Origin: an uncultured Mycoplasmatota bacterium | Lineage (GTDB): Bacteria > Bacillota_I > Bacilli_A > RF39 > UBA660 | Assembly: GCA_946486465.1 (NCBI GenBank) | Contig: CAMLTY010000003.1 | Span: 1-48,646 of the forward strand | Length of the DNA stretch: 48,646 nt | Direction: 5' to 3' | Shown here: in pieces, positions 23,340 through 32,288 of the stretch | How the letters are laid out: every line of letters begins with the position of its first letter | How positions within the stretch are numbered: the stretch's first letter is position 1 | Notes under the pieces: generated by a model | The model's database searches: none | What the model saw: only the letters and a program-made list of their open reading frames with translations | Told to the model about the DNA's origin: nothing | Program-made: the position numbers and the translations under genes

Positions 23340-25496
23340 TTGGTAGTAGGTGTATTAGTAGAGATAACTAGTAAAAGTGTAGATAGAATCTTTGACTATA
23401 GTGTTCCTAAAAGTTTAGAACCTTTAATAGAAGTAGGCAAAAGAGTAAAGGTTCCTTTTGGTAATAGAACTTTAGTAGGATTTGTTTTAGAAAAAGATAA
23501 AAAAAGTGATGTAGATAACTTAAAAGAAATAGAAGAAGTTTTAGATGAAGAAGTAATACTTACGGAAGAGTTATTAGAACTTGGTAAATATTTAAAAGAG
23601 ACAACTTTAGCATCTTTAATTAGTTGTTATCAAGTTATGCTTCCTAAAGGGTTTAAAGCTAGTATTAAGGGTAAGGTTAATAAGAAATATCAAAAAGTAT
23701 ATTATTTAAATGCTTATGATAAGAAGTTAACAGATAAACAACAAGAGGTTGTAGAGAAGTTTAATGACAAAGAGAAGTTAAGTAGAGAAGAGTTAAAAGA
23801 TGTCTCTATATCTATTCTTAATACCTTAGTTAAAAATAATGTCTTAAGAGTAGAAGAGGAAGAAGTCTATAGATTAGATTATGAGAAAAGTGAGGGAAAA
23901 GTAAGAAAGTTAACTCCTTTGCAGGAAGAGGCAGTTAATAATATTTTAAATACTAAAAACACAGTATCTTTATTATATGGTGTTACTGGTAGCGGTAAGA
24001 CAGAAGTATATATGGAGTTAATTGATAAGTATTTAAAGAAAGGCTTGAAAAGTATTGTTTTAGTACCAGAAATATCTCTAACTCCTCAGTTAATTAAACG
24101 CTTTGAAGAAAGATTTGGAAGTAATATAGCACTTTTACACAGTGCCTTATCAGATGGTGAGAAATATGATGAATATAGAAGAATTGTAAAAGGTGAAGTA
24201 GATATTGTAATAGGTGCTAGAAGTGCCGTCTTCGCTCATTTATCTAATCTTGGTCTTATTATTATAGATGAGTGTCATAGTGATTCTTATAAACAAGATA
24301 ATAATCCTAGATATAATGCTAAAGATGTGGCGATAAAAAGAGCGAAAGATTTAGGAGCTAAAGTAGTACTTGGTAGTGCCACACCTATGTTAGAAGAGTA
24401 TGCTAGAGGACTAAAAAATGTCTTTAATCTAGTAACATTAGAAAAAAGAGTCAATGGTAAAGCGTTACCTAAAGTAGAGTTAATAGATATGAATAAAGAA
24501 GTAGGTAAAGCTAAGGGACATTTCTCACTACCTTTAATAGATGAAATTAATAAGACAATAGATAGAGGTGAACAAGTAATACTTTTATTAAATAGAAGAG
24601 GCTATTCTTCATTTGTTACTTGTTCTAATTGTGGAGAGAGCGTTAAATGTCCTAACTGTGATATAACTTTAACATATCATAAGAGTAGTAACATCTTAAG
24701 ATGCCACTACTGTGGTTATGCAACTAAGTATGAAGTTACTTGCCCTAAGTGTCATGAGAAGTCACTAAAAGATTTAGGTGTTGGAACAGAAAAGGTAGAA
24801 GAAGAAATAAATTGTATTTTCCCTAAGGCAAGAGTCCTTAGAATGGATGTTGATACTACTAGTAGGAAAGGAGCTCATAAAAAAATAGTTGATGCTTTTG
24901 CAAGAGGGGAAGCCGATATCCTGCTAGGTACTCAGATGGTTGCTAAAGGCCTTGACTTTCCTAATGTTACTTTAGTAGGAGTAATAAATGCTGATACCTC
25001 ACTTATGCTTCCTGACTTTAGAAGTAGTGAGAAAACATTTGATTTACTTAGTCAAGTAGCAGGAAGAGCTGGTAGAAGTGAAAGAGAAGGTAAAGTTATA
25101 TTCCAGACCTTCAATGAAGATAATTATGCTATTAAGTGTGCTAAGGAGAATGATTATAAGTCATTTTATAAAGAAGAGATGAAAGTAAGAAAATTAATGA
25201 AATATCCTCCTTACTATTATCTTGTATCTTTAAACATCTCTAGTAAAGATAGTAAACAAGCTTTAATAGAAGCGAAAAAGTGTGAGAAAGTCTGTCAAAA
25301 GTATTTAGATAAAACTATTATTTTAGGACCTAGTCCTGCCTCTATCTTTAAAAAGCAGAACATTTATTACTATCAATTAATATTAAAATATCAGTATCAA
25401 GATAATATTCACGAAGTCTTAGAAAAACTAGTAGAGTATTATGCTACTATAAATAAAGTTAACTTAGATGTTGACTTTAATCCAATACATTTGTAA
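23340..25496 (+). CDS. priA: Primosomal protein N' (PriA helicase)
   Basis: GVTGSGKTEVY, IIIDECH and the Cys4 zinc fingers (CSNCG..CPNCD..CHYCG..CPKCH). TTG 23340 after GAGAGGAAG gives the canonical N-terminus (VGVLVEI...FDYSVP). The listed ATG 23298 is the alternative start. Confidence 0.93.
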   Translation: MVVGVLVEITSKSVDRIFDYSVPKSLEPLIEVGKRVKVPFGNRTLVGFVLEKDKKSDVDNLKEIEEVLDEEVILTEELLELGKYLKETTLASLISCYQVMLPKGFKASIKGKVNKKYQKVYYLNAYDKKLTDKQQEVVEKFNDKEKLSREELKDVSISILNTLVKNNVLRVEEEEVYRLDYEKSEGKVRKLTPLQEEAVNNILNTKNTVSLLYGVTGSGKTEVYMELIDKYLKKGLKSIVLVPEISLTPQLIKRFEERFGSNIALLHSALSDGEKYDEYRRIVKGEVDIVIGARSAVFAHLSNLGLIIIDECHSDSYKQDNNPRYNAKDVAIKRAKDLGAKVVLGSATPMLEEYARGLKNVFNLVTLEKRVNGKALPKVELIDMNKEVGKAKGHFSLPLIDEINKTIDRGEQVILLLNRRGYSSFVTCSNCGESVKCPNCDITLTYHKSSNILRCHYCGYATKYEVTCPKCHEKSLKDLGVGTEKVEEEINCIFPKARVLRMDVDTTSRKGAHKKIVDAFARGEADILLGTQMVAKGLDFPNVTLVGVINADTSLMLPDFRSSEKTFDLLSQVAGRAGRSEREGKVIFQTFNEDNYAIKCAKENDYKSFYKEEMKVRKLMKYPPYYYLVSLNISSKDSKQALIEAKKCEKVCQKYLDKTIILGPSPASIFKKQNIYYYQLILKYQYQDNIHEVLEKLVEYYATINKVNLDVDFNPIHL

Positions 25497-25525
25497 AATA
25501 AAAAAATATGAAAGAAGGAATTATT

Positions 25526-26620
25526 ATGGAGAATTTGCCTAAGAAAATAGTTAGTATTAAAGCTAATGATGTGTTTATTGAAAAAAACATAAGAAAGTTT
25601 GGTTATACCTTGAATGAAAGAACTAATGAGGGAATTTATGTTCCTATAGCATTACCAAGATGGACTAGACCAGAAAAATCTTTTGATATTATTGATGATA
25701 GTAGAGACTTTGTTAATGGTTTTAAAGTAGTACAAACTGCTAATAAAGAATATGCTTATGTAAGAGAAGAAGATAATGAATTATTACCATATAGATATGA
25801 TATTGCCGCAGACTTTAATGAATATGGTTATGCTATGGTTGGTAAGGATTCCAAAGTTTCGTGGATAGATAGAAATTTTAGATATTTTGACTTTAATAAA
25901 GAAACATTTTTAGATGAAGAGAAAGGTGAATATGTTAGATTTAATGGTTTCTTAAGTGTTAGTGATTTTAGTAAAGGAGAGCATCCTTTATCTAAATTGT
26001 GTCGCCTTGGATATGGTAATACAGTTAGCTATCTTGGTACTGATGGTAAATTTAAGGAATTTTCTAAATACGATGGAGAAAAGATATGGGAAAATAATTC
26101 TAATAAAATCTTTTCATATTGGAGTACAGATTTTAATGATAAGGGATATGCTAATGCAAATGGGGGTAGTCTAATTCTACTATCTAGTGGTCATTATTTA
26201 ACTGCTAAAGATTTAATAAGAATTTGTGAAGAGAAAGGATTTTTAGATACTATAGGTAGCAGAATAGAAAAACAAGAACAAGAATATATTAAATTTTTAA
26301 AAGATATAGAAGAAAAAACTACAACTATTGCAGATGATTTATCTAAGCATAATAATTTAATTGCAGAATTTGGTATAGGTAGTATAGAACTTAAGAAAGA
26401 AAAATTAATTTCTAGTTATGGTAAAGATGTTTATTTAAGAGCACTAACTAATAATTCTTTAGTGTGCTTAATTGTTAGAGAAGAAATGCCTGCAGAAATA
26501 GTAGATTTAGAATTATTTCAAAGTGCTCTTGCTAAGAGAGGTATACCTTCTTATATAGATAGCGAAGAAAATGTTTTTCATTATAATGCCAATAAACATG
26601 TAAAAACCAAAAAGTTATAA
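25526..26620 (+). CDS. Hypothetical protein with WG-repeat-like segments
   Basis: Repeated F.(N/E)G(F/Y)A.V....(W/Y)..IDR-like units, for example YDIAADFNEYGYAMVGKDSKVSWIDRN. Start may be 25508 or 25526. Confidence 0.5.
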   Translation: MENLPKKIVSIKANDVFIEKNIRKFGYTLNERTNEGIYVPIALPRWTRPEKSFDIIDDSRDFVNGFKVVQTANKEYAYVREEDNELLPYRYDIAADFNEYGYAMVGKDSKVSWIDRNFRYFDFNKETFLDEEKGEYVRFNGFLSVSDFSKGEHPLSKLCRLGYGNTVSYLGTDGKFKEFSKYDGEKIWENNSNKIFSYWSTDFNDKGYANANGGSLILLSSGHYLTAKDLIRICEEKGFLDTIGSRIEKQEQEYIKFLKDIEEKTTTIADDLSKHNNLIAEFGIGSIELKKEKLISSYGKDVYLRALTNNSLVCLIVREEMPAEIVDLELFQSALAKRGIPSYIDSEENVFHYNANKHVKTKKL

Positions 26621-26686
26621 GTTAGATACTCGCATAAACATAACATTTATGATATTATGAATATGTAAAAGAAATTTGCATAAACT

Positions 26687-26726
26687 AAAAAAGAGGAACA
26701 TTTGATTTCCGAGCGAATGTCTCCTC
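26687..26726 (-). terminator. Intrinsic terminator of the minus-strand small ORF
   Basis: The minus-strand RNA reads GAGGA(G)ACAUU...AAAUGUUCCUC followed by UUUUUU. The corresponding + strand arms are 26693-26703 and 26716-26726, with the A-run at 26687-26692. Confidence 0.6.
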
Positions 26727-26778
26727 CATAAGTTTTGAACTTGACACTCTTCTCAAATGTTGATTAGAGTGTCGCTAT

Positions 26779-26871
26779 TTATATTTTAATGGCAAGTATT
26801 AGTAAAGCAAGACTAATTAGAAGAATTGAAAGTTTTTTTAATGTTTTTATAATAAATGTTTTTAACTTCAT
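26779..26871 (-). CDS. Unannotated 30-aa hydrophobic peptide (MKLKTFIIKTLKKLSILLISLALLILAIKI), type-I-toxin-like
   Basis: My own codon-by-codon reverse translation. GGAGG lies 9 nt upstream of the ATG. The peptide has a basic N-terminus plus one TM helix. The ORF has its own terminator and is below the track cutoff. Confidence 0.5.
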   Translation of the reverse strand: MKLKTFIIKTLKKLSILLISLALLILAIKI

Positions 26872-26880
26872 TTTCTTCTA

Positions 26881-26895
26881 CCTCCTTTCTGGAGG
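26881..26895 (-). promoter_or_regulatory. Hairpin sequestering the Shine-Dalgarno of the small ORF (CCUCC-AGAAA-GGAGG)
   Basis: The + strand reads CCTCCTTTCTGGAGG, a perfect 5-bp stem whose 3' arm on the minus-strand RNA is the GGAGG RBS. Confidence 0.5.
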
Positions 26896-27052
26896 TACGA
26901 CACTCATATCAAATGTTCCTACATATATAGTATCATACTGTAATCTATATAATAATAGGACAAGAGATAATTTTAATTGGTAATTTATGGAAATAAAGGA
27001 CTTAGATATTCTAACTCCTTTTTTTTGACATATTATTTATTAGGTGATAAAA

Positions 27053-27763
27053 ATGTTGTTTAATTTATTTGATAGCCTAAGAGGTTTCTTTACTTTTACA
27101 GCAAGTTATTCTAATCAAGTCTTTAAAGAACCACTATCAAAAGAAGAGGAAGAAGAATGTATTAAAAAAATGGGTGAAGGAGATAAGGAAGCTCGTAATA
27201 GTTTAATAGAACATAATCTTAGATTAGTCGCTCATATTGTTAAGAAGTTTGATTATAAAAATGTTGACCAAGATGACCTTATTAGTGTTGGGACGATTGG
27301 CCTTATTAAAGGGGTAGATACCTTTGTTCCTAATAAAGGTAATCGGTTAACTACATACTGTGCTAAATGTATTCAAAATGAAATATTAATGTATTTTCGA
27401 GCTAATAACAAAAATAATAAAAATATTTCCTTAAATGAACCAGTTGGTTTTGATAAAGAAGGTAATGAAATATCAATACTTGATGTTATAAAAGCACCAA
27501 GACCTGATTTTATCGAAGAGATTAATTTAAAAGATAACGTAAAACTACTTAACTCTTACTTAAAAGTCTTAAGTAAAAGAGAAAAAGAAATTATTGTTAA
27601 AAGATATGGTCTAGAAGGAAATGATTTATGGACGCAAAAACAAATTGCCGATAAATTAAATATCTCTAGAAGCTATGTATCAAGGATTGAAAAAAGAGCT
27701 TTAACTAAGATACTTAGAGAGTTTATTAAGAATAATAAGTATAATGATGTAGATTTCAGCTAA
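27053..27763 (+). CDS. sigK: RNA polymerase sporulation sigma factor SigK (pro-sigma-K), uninterrupted
   Basis: FKEPLSKEEEEECIKKMGEGDKEARNSLIEHNLRLVAHIVKKF, DLISVGTIGLIKG, DKEGNEISILDVIK and ISRSYVSRIEKRAL closely parallel B. subtilis SigK. ATG 27053 follows AGGTGA. Confidence 0.9.
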   Translation: MLFNLFDSLRGFFTFTASYSNQVFKEPLSKEEEEECIKKMGEGDKEARNSLIEHNLRLVAHIVKKFDYKNVDQDDLISVGTIGLIKGVDTFVPNKGNRLTTYCAKCIQNEILMYFRANNKNNKNISLNEPVGFDKEGNEISILDVIKAPRPDFIEEINLKDNVKLLNSYLKVLSKREKEIIVKRYGLEGNDLWTQKQIADKLNISRSYVSRIEKRALTKILREFIKNNKYNDVDFS

Positions 27764-27807
27764 AAATATTAGTGTATTGTGTTATACTAATATCAGGAGA
27801 TGAGATT

Positions 27808-29217
27808 ATGTTTAAGAAGAAGATAAAGAAAAGAAGAGTATCAAAAAGTGAATATTTTATTAATATTAGTGTTACTTTAGTACTTGTTCTTTTTGGTGTT
27901 TTCTTTTTATTTGTTCCTAAAGTATCTTTGAATGCTCCTTTAAAAGAAATAGTTAATATTAATTCTCATTATACTGATAAAGGTATTACGATAAGCGATT
28001 TATTAGGAAATAAAACGATTATAAAGCCTCTTGATGATATTAATACTAAAAAAGATAGAGAATATAATATAAATTATACTTATAAAGATAATATTTTTAC
28101 TTATCATATACCTAAAGAAGTAGTTGTTAAAGATATAGAAAAACCTAAGATTAAATTAAATGGTAACAAAAGAGCATATTACTGTCCTAATAAAGAGTAT
28201 AAAGAACTTGGATACACCGCTTATGATAATGTAGATAAAGATATTACTGATAAAGTTAAAGTAGAGAGATTAAAAGATAAAATCATTTATAGAGTAATAG
28301 ACAGTAGTGGTAATAAGAGTGAAGTTGTAAGAAAAATAATTGCCAAAGATGTAGAGAAACCTATTATTACCTTAAATGGAGATAGTAGTACATTTTTAAA
28401 TTTAAATGAAAATTATCAAGAAGAAGGAGTGGTTATTACTGATAATTGTGATGGTGATTTATCTAGTAAAGTAGAGATTACTAATAATATAGATACTACT
28501 AAAGTAGGAGATTATAGAGTGATTTATAAAGTTAAAGATAATAGTAATAATAAGAGTAAACTTATAAGAGATGTTAGAGTAAGAGAGAGTTTATTGCCTA
28601 ACACTATCTACCTTACTTTTGATGATGGGCCAAGAGATGGTACTACTGATGTAATTTTAGATATCTTAAAAGAAAAGGGGGTTAAAGCGACATTCTTTGT
28701 TACAATGAATGGAAGCGATTCTTTGATTAAGAGAATTGTAGATGAAGGACATTCTATTGGTATACATACTGCAAGTCATAGATATGACCTTATCTATGCA
28801 TCAGTTGATAATTACTTTAATGATTTAGAGCAAGTTAGAGATAGAATCTATAATATAACAGGAGTTGATACTAAATTAATTAGATTCCCAGGTGGTTCTA
28901 GTAATACTATTTCTAAAAAATATAAAGAAGGAATAATGACTACTTTAGTTAATGATACCTTAAATAAAGGTTATCAATACTATGATTGGAATATAGATAG
29001 TGGAGATGCTTCTTTTGCAACTAATCCTACTAAACTATATAATAGTGTAATCAATAACTTATCTCATGATAAGTATAATGTTATTCTAATGCATGATACT
29101 AAGACTTATACAAGAGATGCTCTAAGTAAGATAATAGACTACTCTTTAACTAATGGTTATAGCTTTGAATCAATAAATATTAATACTATGCCTGTAAGAC
29201 AGAGACTAAATAACTAG
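27808..29217 (+). CDS. Membrane-anchored polysaccharide deacetylase (NodB domain) with two Ig-like (DUF5011-type) repeats
   Basis: TM anchor, two KP.I.LNG...DN.D.D(I/L)..KV repeats, and the NodB motifs TFDDGP and GHSIGIHTASH. ATG 27808 follows AGGAG. Confidence 0.85.
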   Translation: MFKKKIKKRRVSKSEYFINISVTLVLVLFGVFFLFVPKVSLNAPLKEIVNINSHYTDKGITISDLLGNKTIIKPLDDINTKKDREYNINYTYKDNIFTYHIPKEVVVKDIEKPKIKLNGNKRAYYCPNKEYKELGYTAYDNVDKDITDKVKVERLKDKIIYRVIDSSGNKSEVVRKIIAKDVEKPIITLNGDSSTFLNLNENYQEEGVVITDNCDGDLSSKVEITNNIDTTKVGDYRVIYKVKDNSNNKSKLIRDVRVRESLLPNTIYLTFDDGPRDGTTDVILDILKEKGVKATFFVTMNGSDSLIKRIVDEGHSIGIHTASHRYDLIYASVDNYFNDLEQVRDRIYNITGVDTKLIRFPGGSSNTISKKYKEGIMTTLVNDTLNKGYQYYDWNIDSGDASFATNPTKLYNSVINNLSHDKYNVILMHDTKTYTRDALSKIIDYSLTNGYSFESININTMPVRQRLNN

Positions 29218-29264
29218 CATTAAATGTAATTTTGGTATATACTAAATATATGAGGAGTAAGACT

Positions 29265-29780
29265 ATGAAATATTTACCAGATATTTATAAGAAAAATATC
29301 TTTGATATTAATTATGATAAATTAAAGAAAAAAGATATTAAATGTTTAATCTTTGATTTAGATAATACTCTAGCATTAATAGATTCTACTAAAGTAGAAG
29401 ATAAAGTTAAAGAGTTGATTACTAAATTAAAGAAAGACTTTTTAGTAATTATAGTTTCTAATAGTCCTAAAAAAAGGGTATCTATCTTTGGTAAAGACTT
29501 AGGAGTAGATTACTATCCCTTTGCTTTAAAACCTACTATTAGAACACTTAAGAAAATTAAATCTAAATATAATTTAGAGTCTAAATTTATAGCTATCATA
29601 GGAGATCAATTTATGACAGATATGGGTTATGGTTATAAAGGTCATATTACTAAGATATTTGTAGACCCTTTAGCAGTTAAAGATTTAAAGATTACTAATA
29701 TTAATAGATATTTAGAAGAGAAGATTATGAATAAATATAGTAAGAATAATCTTTTCAAGAAAGGAAAGTATTATGAATAG
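29265..29780 (+). CDS. yqeG: YqeG-family HAD-IIIA phosphatase
   Basis: LIFDLDNTL, VSNS and IGDQFMTD motifs, and it is followed by yqeH as in Bacillus. Confidence 0.85.
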   Translation: MKYLPDIYKKNIFDINYDKLKKKDIKCLIFDLDNTLALIDSTKVEDKVKELITKLKKDFLVIIVSNSPKKRVSIFGKDLGVDYYPFALKPTIRTLKKIKSKYNLESKFIAIIGDQFMTDMGYGYKGHITKIFVDPLAVKDLKITNINRYLEEKIMNKYSKNNLFKKGKYYE

Positions 29781-30774
29781 TGAGAAGTATTGTCTTGGAT
29801 GTGGAGTTAAACTTCAAGATGAGAATATCTTAGGGGAAGGTTATACTACTAGTTTAGATAAAGATTATTGTCAAAGATGTTTTAGAATTAAAAACTATGG
29901 AGAGTATCAAATAGTTACTAAGAGTAATGATGAGTATATAGAGATACTTAAAAGTGTAGGAGAGACTAAAGATTTAGTTTTATATATTGCAGATTTACTT
30001 AATATAGAAGAAGATATCAATAAGATTAGAGAGATTATTCCTAATAAGATGATATTAGTCTTAAATAAAAGAGATGTGCTACCTAAATCAGTTAATGATG
30101 ATAAACTAATAGATTATTTTAAAGATAATGATATCTTTGATAAAGTAGTAGTTATAAGTAGTGAGAAAAACTATAATATAGATTATTTATTAAAGCAGAT
30201 AAAACTATATCAGACTACTAATAATGTCTATGTAGTAGGACATACTAATGCCGGAAAGAGTACTTTGATAAATAAATTGTTAAGAAACTATTCTACTAGT
30301 GATAGAGAACTTACGATATCACCACTTCCTTCTACTACCTTAAATACAGTTGAAATAGAGATAAATGAGTATTTAACACTAATAGATACACCAGGACTTC
30401 TTGATAGTAGTAGTATAGTTAATTATATTAGTGATGAAGAATTTAAGAAGATAAGTCCTAGAAAAGAGATTAAACCTAAGACTTTTCAGTTAAGAAAAGG
30501 ACAAAGTGTAATAGTAGATAACTTTTTTAGAATTGATTATGTAGAAGGAGAAAGGAATAGTTTTACTTTCTATATGTCTAATGATTTAAAGATTAGAAGA
30601 ATATCTAGTAAGCATGAAGATTTAAAAGACTTACAGAAAAGAACATATGAAATGGGTTATGATGAAGATATATGTATTAATGGGTTAGGCTTTATTAAGA
30701 TGGTTAATAAAGGAACTGTTGATATATATTTAGATTCTAAAGTAAGTACTTATAAAAGAAGTAATTTAATATAA
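29773..30774 (+). CDS. yqeH: Ribosome biogenesis GTPase YqeH (circularly permuted)
   Basis: N-terminal CLGCG...CQRC zinc motif, NKRDVLP (G4) preceding GHTNAGKSTLIN (G1), and DTPG. Confidence 0.9.
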   Translation: MNSEKYCLGCGVKLQDENILGEGYTTSLDKDYCQRCFRIKNYGEYQIVTKSNDEYIEILKSVGETKDLVLYIADLLNIEEDINKIREIIPNKMILVLNKRDVLPKSVNDDKLIDYFKDNDIFDKVVVISSEKNYNIDYLLKQIKLYQTTNNVYVVGHTNAGKSTLINKLLRNYSTSDRELTISPLPSTTLNTVEIEINEYLTLIDTPGLLDSSSIVNYISDEEFKKISPRKEIKPKTFQLRKGQSVIVDNFFRIDYVEGERNSFTFYMSNDLKIRRISSKHEDLKDLQKRTYEMGYDEDICINGLGFIKMVNKGTVDIYLDSKVSTYKRSNLI

Positions 30775-30825
30775 TTGATATTTTGTAATATTTATAGTAA
30801 AATTTAAGTAAGGAGAGATATTTAT

Positions 30826-31371
30826 ATGAATAGTGAATTTATAAATGATGTAGAAACTAAAATGAAAGGAGCTCTTGCTAACTTAGAGAAACGTTTTACT
30901 ACAGTTAGAGCAGGACGAGCTAATCCTTCTAGTTTAGATGGTGTTGCTGTTGATTATTATGGTTCTATGACTCCATTAAAGAGTCTTGCAACTATCTCAG
31001 TACCAGAGGCAACTCAATTACTTATTAAACCTTTTGATAGAGGTTGTTTAGGTAATATAGAGAAAGCTATTATCGCCGCAAATCTAGGTTATAATCCATC
31101 TAATGATGGAGAGACTATTAGAATAGTTATACCTGCCTTAACAGAAGAGCGACGTAAAGAACTTACTAAACAAGTTAAAGCCATGGCTGAGGAAGCTAAA
31201 GTATCTATTAGAAATATTAGACATGAAGCTAATGAGAAAATAGAGAAGATGGAACTTCCTGAAGATGAAGAAAAAGGTATGATGAAGGATGTTCAAGACC
31301 TTGTTAATGACTATAATAAAGATATAGATAATATCTATAAAGATAAAGAAAAAGAATTAATGACTGTATAG
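30826..31371 (+). CDS. frr: Ribosome recycling factor
   Basis: FTTVRAGRANPSSLDGVAVDYYGSMTPL..., LTEERRKELTK and RNIRHEAN. Confidence 0.95.
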   Translation: MNSEFINDVETKMKGALANLEKRFTTVRAGRANPSSLDGVAVDYYGSMTPLKSLATISVPEATQLLIKPFDRGCLGNIEKAIIAANLGYNPSNDGETIRIVIPALTEERRKELTKQVKAMAEEAKVSIRNIRHEANEKIEKMELPEDEEKGMMKDVQDLVNDYNKDIDNIYKDKEKELMTV

Positions 31372-31392
31372 TAGTGTTTAGCACTACTTTTA
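31370..31392 (+). terminator. Intrinsic terminator after frr
   Basis: AGTAGTG pairs with CACTACT across a TTTAG loop, followed by Ts. Confidence 0.6.
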
Positions 31393-31456
31393 ATTTTATT
31401 TACTTTAGGTTGATTTTAGTATATAATATGTTTTGTTAGAAAGAGGGAATTTGTTG

Positions 31457-32002
31457 ATGAAAGAAAAAATTAATTATCCTTTAGAAATAATGAAAGATAG
31501 AAAGGAACTTATTGATAAAGAGATAAGTACAAATGGCAATCTTTCTATGAATAGTTATAACTTATTATTAAAACAAATAGGTGTAGATATTTATGATAGT
31601 ATAAATAATTTAAAAGAGTGGAATAGTTTTACTATTAAAGGTTCTTTATATGTAAGGAGTACTTTAGGTATCTTTATACCTAGAAAAAGAGAACTTAGAA
31701 AGATGATTTTATTAGGACTAGATAGTGGTAAAGTTGCTTTTGATAATTATAAGAGAGTTTTAGAAGGATTAGATATTACTAATGATACAAGAAGTCTTAG
31801 TGATTTAAAGATTTTAATAGAACAATTATATAATGCTGAAGTTTATACTGATAATTATGATGATTATATGAATAATTTAATGGTAAGAAATTTAACTAAT
31901 TATTTAGAAGGAGATTATAACTATAACTATTTAATAGAAATGGAAGAAAGAAGAGATAAAGTTTTAGAGTTAGAAAAGAAGTATTTACTCAATAAAAAGT
32001 AA
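31457..32002 (+). CDS. Hypothetical protein (181 aa)
   Basis: ORF with ATG 31457 after AGAGGGA. No family recognised. Confidence 0.55.
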   Translation: MKEKINYPLEIMKDRKELIDKEISTNGNLSMNSYNLLLKQIGVDIYDSINNLKEWNSFTIKGSLYVRSTLGIFIPRKRELRKMILLGLDSGKVAFDNYKRVLEGLDITNDTRSLSDLKILIEQLYNAEVYTDNYDDYMNNLMVRNLTNYLEGDYNYNYLIEMEERRDKVLELEKKYLLNKK

Positions 32003-32011
32003 TATTTTCTA

Positions 32012-32041
32012 TTTACAATTAACTTTTAAATATGATATAGT
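32012..32041 (+). promoter_or_regulatory. Promoter of the T-box leader
   Basis: TTTACA (32012-32017), an 18-nt spacer with TGa, then TATAGT (32036-32041). Confidence 0.55.
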
Positions 32042-32044
32042 AAT

Positions 32045-32272
32045 TCATGAAATGACTATGATTAAGAAGTAGTAGTAAACGATGTCTTTAAAGAGAGTCT
32101 ATGGTTGGTGGAAATAGATAAGAATAGTTTATGAATTCATCTTAGGAGTTCCTATAACAAAATTATAGGCGTTAAGATCGCGTTAAGATAATGAGTTAGT
32201 TACAATAACTATAAATTAAGGTGGTACAGAGTATACTTCTTGTAGACTCCCTTAAGTTATAGTTATTTTTTA
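32045..32272 (+). promoter_or_regulatory. T-box riboswitch leader with a Phe (UUC) specifier
   Basis: Stem I AGAGAG box (~32091) and GGTTGGTGGAAA. UUC-A lies in the specifier position (32136-32139). The T-box sequence AAATTAAGGTGGTACAGAG is at 32213-32231. A 17-bp terminator (32206-32222 with 32250-32266, one mismatch) ends in a T-run. Confidence 0.85.
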
Positions 32273-32288
32273 TTTTTAAGGAGGAGTT

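Noticed and set aside
26789-26983. Listed 64-aa + strand ORF in the sigK upstream gap
   Set aside because: No RBS precedes its ATG and the translation is low-complexity. It is antisense to a much better-formed minus-strand mini-gene (RBS, 30-aa ORF, terminator). It may still mark an antisense RNA.
27053-27763. Possible skin-like interruption or recombination scar in sigK, prompted by the repeats just upstream
   Set aside because: The sigK reading frame is continuous and aligns by eye end-to-end with B. subtilis SigK. The upstream repeats are better explained by RNA structure of the minus-strand mini-gene.
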